This document shows, piece by piece, positions 26,153 through 35,400 of a DNA stretch of 64,000 bases. The notes under the pieces were generated by a model. The model made no database searches. It was not told the origin of the DNA and saw nothing but the letters and a program-made list of their open reading frames with translations. The stretch is from Azolla caroliniana (taxonomy: Eukaryota; Plantae; Polypodiophyta), in assembly GCA_043228905.1 (NCBI GenBank), contig JBHGNT010000003.1, positions 11,966,001 to 12,030,000 of the forward strand, read 5' to 3'. Made by a program: the position numbers and the translations under genes. Positions within the stretch are counted from its first letter, which is position 1. Every line of letters begins with the position of its first letter.

Positions 26153-29100
26153 TCATACACATTAGCACCAACAGTGTATAAACCGGAGCAGCTATTGTAT
26201 TCTGACATTGGGACGTTGATGCATCTGACCAAATGAGAGTACATATACGCCGCTGGTTTGTCTTCTAACAGCCTGTACACATATTCGTAGTCATCTAGTT
26301 TTGCATAAAAAATGCCTTCGATGTAGAATGTCCCGGCAGATACAAAATTTCCCCATGCATCTACAATATTCTGCCTTGCACACTGTTTACTAACCGTGCA
26401 CTTTAATATATAGAAATCAGCACCCTCTGAATTGCCTTCTTCAGCATTTACAGCGAAGTTATCCCCAACGTTCAGGACATCACTCAAAGTATCTCCAAGT
26501 CCCTCATATGTGAAGTCAGCATTCTGCCCTGTTTCTCCATCAACTGCTTCCTTATCATTCCGAGTGTGATACTCCCAATTCTGAATGTATGCTTTGTTTA
26601 AACAATATCTCCAATTTCCCTGCACACAATGGAAGCAAAAACAAGTCAATTCTCTAACCGCAATACAATGACCATCCAACCTGGAATAACCGCGAACAGC
26701 ATGCAGAGATCGCAATTCGGGAATTCCTTGGCACTCCCAGGTCTTCTCCCTATTTACTTCATCTATCTTCACTTCCCAAAATTCACGTTTGATATCTCGA
26801 ACTTGCGAGGCATAAACACCTGTGGCACTCGTCGACATATTTGTTCTTAAAAATTCAACTACATGTGATGCACAATTCATGTGCACACCATCTGTCTTTA
26901 GTTGTTCATGGGTAAGTGCCCGCTTTATAACAGCCCCTGCACCATCATGTTCACCTTTACCATGGCCAGACCCAAAAAAATTCCATCTCATCTCCAAACC
27001 TGTTATAGCAGGATACCTCCCCACAAAATAAAATGGACGTCGAGCCTTGAATTGTGACGCAGCTCCGTCAGACCAGACCCAATGTTGAGTAAGCTCCAAA
27101 CGTTGAGCTAATAACCACTGCCAATGTAACTTAAAACAGTGTTGGACGAACAAGGTATCATGCTTCTTATCATCGGAAATAAAGAAATGAATTACTTTTT
27201 TAACATCACCTGAAACTCGAAAATATGTTATGTGCACAAAAATGGTTACCTGAATTGAACACCAATGCATAGATTGAATTTCATTCTGCTGCTTGAAAGT
27301 ATAATTCTCTGCGAAATCTACTACTGAGACTACTACATCATTTGGGAAATCAGATATGCAAGTCTTAAACTGATGGGCCTGCCATCAATAAATGAAGTTG
27401 TGTTTAATGAACTTTCCTAGAGATACTACAAACAGAGACACCAAATCCCTTGGTTTAAGCATCTTCCGAACTAGATCCTTTCTTTTACACACCTTTCCTT
27501 CGAAATTGGTGTTCACTGACTCAAATAACTTCACAGAGATCAATATTTCACTACTCAATTCATTTGGACACCACCTAAATCTAGTAGGGCCACAATCTTG
27601 ACATAAACCCATGACACATTTATGAATATGGAAGATAGCGTCAGATTCTCTCGGACACAATATTGAATCTAATAAATAACTCATGGAAGAGATAACGTGC
27701 TCAGATGATTTACACTCCTCTTGCGGGCTTGATCGACAGATTGGGCACCCACATGTGCAAACTGTATTAGTTAGGGATGCGCTATGGTGACGTAGTAGAT
27801 TAACAGAGTCCTTCAGAAAACCCATCTGTACATGGTAAATGCAACAACATGTGTATCGATCCTTTAAGCGTCTCACAAAGTGTGGCTTAAGAGACTCGAA
27901 TGTTCGTAGTTGAACTTTGATAGTTGGATGCATTCGTTTGAACCTAATAAATAAATCGACCTGCGTAATAAAGGGGAATTAGTTATTCTCGTAACTAGCT
28001 AACTATCCTAGTAGCTAATTAGCTATTCTAGTAGCTAGTTAGCTATTCTAGGAGCTAGTTAGCTATTCTAGTAGCTAATTAGCTATCATGGTAGCTAATT
28101 AGTTGTCCTAGTACCTAATTAGCTATCATGGTAGTTAATTAGCTGTCGTAGTAGCTAATTAGCTAGCATGGTAGCTAATTAGCTATTCTAGTAGCTAATT
28201 AGCTATCATGGTAGCTAATTAGCTGTCGTAGTAGCTAATTAGCTATCATGGTAGCTAATTAGCTGTCCTAGTAGCTAATTGGTTGTCCTAGTAGCTAATT
28301 AGCTATCATGGTAGCTAATTAGCTGTCGTAGTAGCTAATTAGCTATCATGGTAGCTAATTAGCTATTCTAGTAGCTAATTAGCTATTCTAGTAGCTAATT
28401 AGCTATCATGGTAGCTAATTAGCTGTCGTAGTAGCTAATTAGCTGTCGTAGTAGCTAATTAGCTATCATGGTAGCTAATTAGCTATCATGGTAGCTAATT
28501 AGCTGTCCTAGTAGCTAATTAGCTATCATGGTAGCTAATTAGCTGCTCTAGTAGCTAATTAGCTATCATGGTGGTTAATTAGCTTTCCTAGTAACTAATT
28601 AGCTATCATGGTAGCTAATTAGCTTGTCTAGTAGCTAATTAGCTATCATGGTGGCTAATAGCTTTCCTAGTAACTAATTAGCTATCATGGTAGCTAATTA
28701 GCTGGTCTAGTAGCTAATTAGCTATCGTGGTAGCTAATTAGCTACTACGACAGCTAATTAGCTATAATGGTGGCTGATTAGCTTTCCTAGTAACTAATTA
28801 GCTATCATGGTAGCTAATTAGCTGGTATAGTAGCTAATTAGCTATCATGGTAGCTAATTAGCTATCACGGTGGCTAATTAGCTGTCCTAGTAACTAATTA
28901 GCTATCATGGTAGCTAATTAGCTGGTCTAGTAGCTAATTAGCTATAATGGTGGCTAATTAGCTATCCTAACTAATTAGCTATCATGGTAGTAGCTATTGA
29001 GAGTAGCCAGTTACCTATGTAGTAGCTATCATAGTAGCTAATTAGCTATCATGGTAGCTAATTAGCTTTCCTAGTAGCTAATTAGCTGGTATAGTAGCTA

Positions 29101-30368
29101 ATTAGCTATCATGGTAGCTAATTAGCTATCACGGTGGCTAATTAGCTGTCCTAGTAACTAATTAGCTATCATGGTAGCTAATTAGCTGGTCTAGTAGCTA
29201 ATTAGCTATAATGGTGGCTAATTAGCTATCCTAACTAATTAGCTATCATGGTAGTAGCTATTGAGAGTAGCCAGTTACCTATGTAGTAGCTATCATAGTA
29301 GCTAATTAGCTATCATGGTAGCTAATTAGCTTTCCTAGTAGCTAATTAGCTGGTAATAACGAAATAGTTAACTAGCTACCATGATAGCTAACTAGCTAGC
29401 AGTACAACTAATTATCTGGTAGTACCTAAATTAGCTATTGAGAATAGCTAATTAGCTATCATGGTAGTAACTATTGAGAGTAGCTAGTTACCTATGTAGT
29501 AGCGATCCTAGTAGCTAACTGAGGTAAATGTAACTGATAGCTAATTAGCTTTTCTGCTAACTGAGCTAATTAACTTTCCGAGTAGAGTCAAAACAAATGT
29601 TGAGATAAATGTAAATACCTGAGGTACATCAAGAAGATGAATGGGATGCTCCTCGTATTGATTTCTTCCAACACGTTTCCTGCATAAATCCTTTTTATTG
29701 GGTGAAACCCTACTCTCATTAGTCCAAAACATTGTGATTACATCCTTGATTTCAAATGTTATGGGTGTCATTGGCTTACATCTTGTAGTTAGCTTTAGTA
29801 GACTAGTTCCTTCACCCGAGGAAATTATACGGTTCATTGTATTGTACATTGTTTTTCTACTAACACCAATTACCTTAGATAGCTCACTGATGTTTATATC
29901 GTCAACATCACTATTAAGTAACATCATTAGACTAGACCTTTTTAAGACAATATCATCTTCTGACCTGCTCATGGATACGAAACTATTACGAAGATTATTT
30001 ACTAAAATAGATGATATGTTTGCATTAAGACCATCACAATCAACTAAGTCCTTTATCGATGGATCATTACATATTCCATAAAGTACTACCTTCTTTTCTT
30101 CATTGCTGATGTGCTTGGTTTGAACATTGAAATAGTCTACAACCTTTCTCTCTATGATGGTAGTCGCATTACTTACATTCTCAGCTAAACTATCCTTACC
30201 TTTACTGAGTGTGGCTTTCGTATCCTTCAACAATTGACGATGTTTCCTTTTTTTTTCTGCCCAATAGTTTCGTATGGCTTGTTGTGTCCTGATAACATCA
30301 TCCCTATCCTTATGATCATTGAGGGGTAATTCTAAACACCCTTCTTCCCCTTCCATTTGGCTAGACAT
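26119..30368 (-). pseudogene. Sola2-like DDD transposase, 2 exons (~863 codons), one in-frame premature stop
   Basis: Exon 1 30368-29619 (ends LLDVPQ|GT); exon 2 27960-26119 (AG|VDLFIRFKRMHP...). ORFs 27385..27933 and 26119..27270 are in one frame, separated by TGA at 27387-27385 (KHNFIY*WQAHQF). Motifs CCCIYH, VVDFAENY..Q.EIQSMHW, WSDGAASQFK, WNFFGSGHGKGEHDGAG and a C-terminal CFCFHC. Confidence 0.85.
27990..29570. repeat. Palindromic TAGCTAATTAGCTA 20-bp satellite array 2 (transposase intron)
   Basis: Regular 20-bp units GTAGCTAATTAGCT+(ATCATG/ATTCTA/GTCCTA); 264-bp higher-order repeat (landmarks 28997, 29261); inside intron 29618-27961. Confidence 0.95.
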
Positions 30369-30704
30369 GTTAAAACCCTAAATTTCCAGAAAAAAAAACA
30401 AGTATTAAAGATGGCTATGGGCAACAACAATACACAAAACTATTCCACACAATACACAAGATTAGACACAACAATACACAAGATAATCAATAGACAGAAA
30501 AGTTATTGCAATCCAAGACCGAACAGTAGAGGATTTCACTCTGTTGGATCCAACAGTTGAGGAGGCGATCCAAGACCGACCAATGGCAACAACTGACTGT
30601 AGAATGTTGCCGTTGGATGAGTGAACTCCGTCAAATCGAAATGTGGAAGCAATCCGGGACTGGACAGTAGTGGCAACTGAGTATAGAATGATGGCAATGG
30701 AGGA

Positions 30705-31440
30705 GAGAACCCCGTCAGATTGAACAGTTACCGATGATGCTTGAAACGCACATAGAAGGCACTTGAGAATAGAGTGGCATAGAGAAGAGAACCCCGTCAG
30801 ATTGAACAGTTACCAATGATGCTTGAAACGCACAGTAGCGGCCCCTGAGTGAGAGTGGAAAAGAGAAGAGAACCCCGTCAGATTGAACAGTTACCAATGA
30901 TGCTTGAAACGCACAGTAGCGGCCCCTGAGTGAGAGTGGAAAAGAGAAGAGAACCCCGTCAGATTGAATAGCTCTTTGATTATGCTTGGAACGCACAGTA
31001 GCAACCCCTGAGTGTAGAGTGGCAAAGAGAAGAGAACCCCGTCAGATTGAACAGCTCTTTGATGATGCTTGGAACGCACAGCAGCGGCCCCTGAGTGTAG
31101 AGTGGCACAGAGAAGAGAACCCCCTCAGATTGAACAGCTCTTTGATGATGCTTGGAACGCACAGTAATGGCCCCTGAGTGTAGAGTGGCACAGAGAAGAG
31201 AACCCCCTCAGATTGAACAGCTCTTTGATGATGCTTGGAACGCACAGTAATGGCCCCTGAGTGTAGAGTGGCACAGAGAAGAGAACCCCGTCAGATTGAA
31301 CAGCTCTTTGATGATGCTTGGAATGCACAGTAGTGGCCCCTGAGTGTAGAGTGTCACAGAGAAGAGAACCCCGTCAGATTGAGCAGCTCTTTGATGATGC
31401 TTGGAACGCACAGTAGCGGCCCCTCAGTGTAGAGTGGCGG
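30705..31440. repeat. Nine tandem 81-83-bp repeats upstream of the transposase start
   Basis: Unit GAGAACCCCGTCAGATTGAACAG...GAGTGTAGAGTGGCACAGAGAA starts at 30705, 30787, 30868, 30949, 31032, 31115, 31198, 31281 and 31364. Confidence 0.95.
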
Positions 31441-32427
31441 CAGGTGGACTCGATAGGGTTTAGCAACAGTGGTAGCAACTAACCCACAGTACTCAACTAG
31501 AGATGGCCTACGTGATGTGGCAAAGGATCATGCATAATGGACCTAGGAATTCGATATATAATTTATGGTACACATTTATGGTGCACACATCAATTTATGT
31601 TGCACATTTATGGCACTCATTTACATATGTAATTAAAACACTCTAGTATTTTCAATGGTAGTTTTTTGCATACTTAATTTATTAATGATGGCTTTTTACT
31701 AAAATGACTATTTATCAATGGTAGCTTTTTGCATAGCTAATTAGCTATGTCAAGGACATAGCTAATTGTTTCCACTCGCATGCTTTCACCCACATATGTT
31801 TACGTATCACATATATACGATCAAATACGTATACACATGACCACATATGCATACATTAAACAAATTGTTACATCAAATAGCCTCTACGCACACGAAACAT
31901 CCCAAAATAAGGGTTCATCGTGATACGAAATTGAGGGATTGACCTCTTACGCATACGAGACCAAACGCATATCATTTACAACGAAATCGAGGTATTGACC
32001 TTATACACATATGTAACATATGTATGTGAGTGTAATACGCTGTCGTGAAGAAAACCGGCCATAGGCGGAATCGGAGAAAAAGGCACATGAACCGGCTCTT
32101 ACATGGGCGGACGCGAGAATTGATATTTTGTACATAATTCATAATTAGCTCGGCTGATGTAAATTCTAGGTAGTACACATTTATTAGGGTATTTGTGCAT
32201 ATCTTTGTCGAAAGGGACAGGGAATAAAGCGATTTGACTAGGGGAGAAGGGTCTCCCCTCGGCGAACTATTTAAGGAGAGAAGGAAGAAAAGGGATCGCG
32301 CGTTGGCGAGGACGAAGTGCTGCAGAACCGAGTGCCGAGCTCTCTCTCCTCCGATCGTCGTTCTTTGTGGGTGTCAGGAGCCATTGAATCGATCGTCGGT
32401 AGGATAGGCCGATTCGGTGGGAAAAAT

Positions 32428-35400
32428 TGTTGGGATTTCGGTCCCTTCGGATGGGATGGTCGGATTTCGGAGTTGAATGCCGACAAGCCCGGTTGCGGTT
32501 TCGGAACCGGATGATGAAGACCCCGGCTTCGGAGCCGGATGACGAATTTACCCGGAGAGAGATCCGGATGCGGGGACATATCTGTGAATATGTTTGCCAA
32601 GGGCCCTTGAGGCTATAGTTGTAAATAGCCCCAAAGTCATATGTGTATAAATATGACTTAGGGCAAACAGTTTTAATGTTGCTACTCATTTTTCTGTTTT
32701 TCCACTCAAGAGGAGTGAAGAGAGAGCAGTCGTGAGAGAGATAGAGCGTGAGAGAGGAAGAGGTCGACGCCTCTGTGTATTTCCGCCGCCTGTGGCGAGG
32801 ACAACGAGCTCAAGGTCGTCGCCTTGCAGCTCGCCATTGTATATTTCTCTGTGCATAGTTTTGGTTCGGAGTCTTGTACTCCCGTGGTTTTTTCCCGTAC
32901 AGGGTTTTCCACGTTAAATAGTGTGTCCCATTTTCTGCAACAACGATTCGTGTGTTTCCTTGGTTGCGGCCGAGAGGTGAAGTTTGGAAAGTGTTGATTA
33001 ATTTTCCATCAATTTGGTATCAGAGCGAGCTGCTGCAGAAAATGGAAGGCGGCGGCAGCGGGCAGCCGGGGATGATGGTGCTGAATGCGCAGAATTACGC
33101 CGACTGGAAGATCAAGATGGAGGATCTTCTGATTGTTCGGGACCTGTACGAACCGATTGACAGGTCGGAAATACCGAAGGGAGTACTTGAGTCGGAATGG
33201 AGGCTTCTGAACCGGAAAGCCGTTGCAACCATTCGGCAATACGTAGACGTGAGCGTTCTACAACATGTGGCGAACGACATCAACGCATATGAGATGTGGC
33301 GGAAGCTGTCGGGCCTCTACGAGAGGAAGAATGCGTTGAACCGGACCTCCCTGATGAGGAAGATAGTGAACCTCAAGTACCGGGACGGCGAGAGTATGGT
33401 GGAACACGTAAGCACGTTCATGGGATTCGTGAACCAGCTTGCGGCGATCAAGTTCCCGCTGGAGGATGCAATGCAAGCCATCATTCTGATGTGTACATTG
33501 CCGGAAAGCTGGGAGAACTTGGTGGTGACTCTCAGCACCTCCTGCACGGAAGATAACTTGTCCCTACAAACGGTAAAGACAAGTATCTTGAACGAAGAAG
33601 CGCGTCGGAGAGATAAAGAACCGGCCTCCGACTCGAAGGCGCTGCTTACCGAATCGGAACGGGGAAGACAATGGAACCGGAGTCCGCAAAGACGGGAGAA
33701 GTCGGGGACCCGGTCGCAGTCAAGAGGAAGGCCCACATGCTTCCACTGTGGGAAGCCGGGGCACTTCCGAAAGAATTGTCGGCATTACCGAAAAGACAAC
33801 GGAGCCGACGACACCGATTCGAAGAAGTCTTCGGAACGGAACGGTGCTTACCGGGGAGCCACGGACCGAAATGGTTCGGATCGGCGAGGGCAGGACCGGA
33901 AAGGAACGACGGCACTCGCGGCAAGTGAAGAGGAGATCATGCTCATCACTGAAGAAGGTGAACTAAACATTGCCGGCGATGAGACTACCTGGGTGGTCGA
34001 TTCCGGAGCGTCGTTCCACCTGACCCCGGAGAGAAGATACTTCTCATCCTACACAGCCGGTGAGCATGGCTGTGTTCGGATGGGAAATGAAGGTACGTGC
34101 CGGATTGCCGGCATAGGAGACATGTGGTTGACAACCCCGACCGGATGCAAAATGCTGCTGAAGGATGTCAGACACGTTCCGGAGGTTCGATTGAACCTGA
34201 TTTCGGCCGGGAGGCTAGACGATGAAGGCTACACGGGTAGCATCCGGAACGACGTCATGAAGTTCAGCAAAGGGAGCCTGATAGTGGCTCGGGCCCGGAA
34301 GGTCAACACACTGTACCTGATGAATTCTCGGCTATGTCCGGAGGAGCTGAACGTAGCAGCCGACACTGCCGGTGAGCTGTGGCACAAGAGACTGTGCCAC
34401 ATGAGTGAGAAGGGGATGAAGAGGCTTGCAGAAGACAACCTTATTCCAGTGAAGCATGTGCACCTGGAGAAGTGCACCGATTGCCTGGCCGGTAAGCAGA
34501 ACCGAACCTCCTTCCACTCAAGGCCACCGACGAGACGTAGCGCACCATTGGAGTTGGTGCACACTGATGTGTGTCAGGTAGAAACGAAGTCACATGGCGG
34601 AGCCCAATACTTCGTAACATTCATAGATGATCATAGCCGAAAACTGTGGACGGCACCGCTGAAGACAAAGGACCAAGTGTTGTGCGTCTTCAAAGAACTC
34701 CACGCAAGAGTGGAAAGGGAATCCGGCAAGAAGCTGAAAGTGATACGAGCGGATAACGGAGGGGAATACCGGGGGCAGTTCGCGGAGTACTGTCGCTCGA
34801 AGGGAATCCGGCTCGAGTTTACTGTGCCGAAGACGCCGGAACTGAACGGGCTGGCCGAGAGGATGAACCGGACCATAATGGAGAGGGTCCGGAGTATGCT
34901 GGCGCATGCGGAATTACCCAAGGGGTTTTGGGCTGAGGCAATGTCGACGGCGACATACGTGATAAACAGATCACCCTCAGTACCTTTGGACGGAGACACG
35001 CCGCAGAGAGTGTGGACCGGCAGGGAAGTATCCTACCGGCATCTGAAGGTGTTCGGGTGTCTCGCATACGTGCATGTGGCAAAGGACCGGAGAGGAAAGC
35101 TAGATCCAAAGACCCGGCCATGCATATTCCTCGGTTACGGCGATGACGAGTTCGGCTACCGAGTATGGGACCCGGTCGACAAGAAGATATTCCGGAGTCG
35201 TGATATCATCTTCATGGAGAACAAGACACTCGCCGACTGGGAGTCGGAGAAGAAGATGAAGAGCTCCAAGTCGACCGGTGAGGATCAACTCTACGAGGAG
35301 CAGTCCCGACCGGCAAGGGACCGGTTAGCACTCGAGGATCCGGCCGAAGACGGTGAAGAAACAGAACCGGCCGAGGAAGATGAAACTGATACCGGAACCG

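Larger units (their letters stand above)
20917..31791. mobile_element. Sola2-like cut-and-paste DNA transposon, 10,875 bp, two convergent genes
   Basis: 25-bp TIRs GGGT(A/G)AAAGCATGCGAGTGGAAACA (20917-20941, 31767-31791; 1 mismatch); 4-bp TSD ACAT; empty site TATACACATATGTTT in the paralogous copy at ~50681-50695; transposase motifs DFAENY, SDGAASQFK, HGKGEHDG. Confidence 0.88.

Noticed and set aside
30715-31411. Repeated small ORFs (MRSKHHQRAVQS...)
   Set aside because: By-products of an 83-bp unit that shifts frame each copy; no coding evidence.
30705-31440. CRISPR-like array
   Set aside because: Units are contiguous near-identical repeats with no unique spacers, there are no cas genes, and the context is eukaryotic.
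20917-31791. CACTA, Mutator, hAT or Harbinger assignment for the two-gene element
   Set aside because: GGG termini, a 4-bp TSD and the DFAENY/SDG/HGKG..DG motifs do not fit those superfamilies (typically 3, 9-11, 8 and 3-bp TSDs).
32952-33041. N-terminal 30-aa extension of the 1387-aa ORF
   Set aside because: It starts at a non-ATG codon inside the LTR and crosses the PBS; the likely start is ATG 33042.
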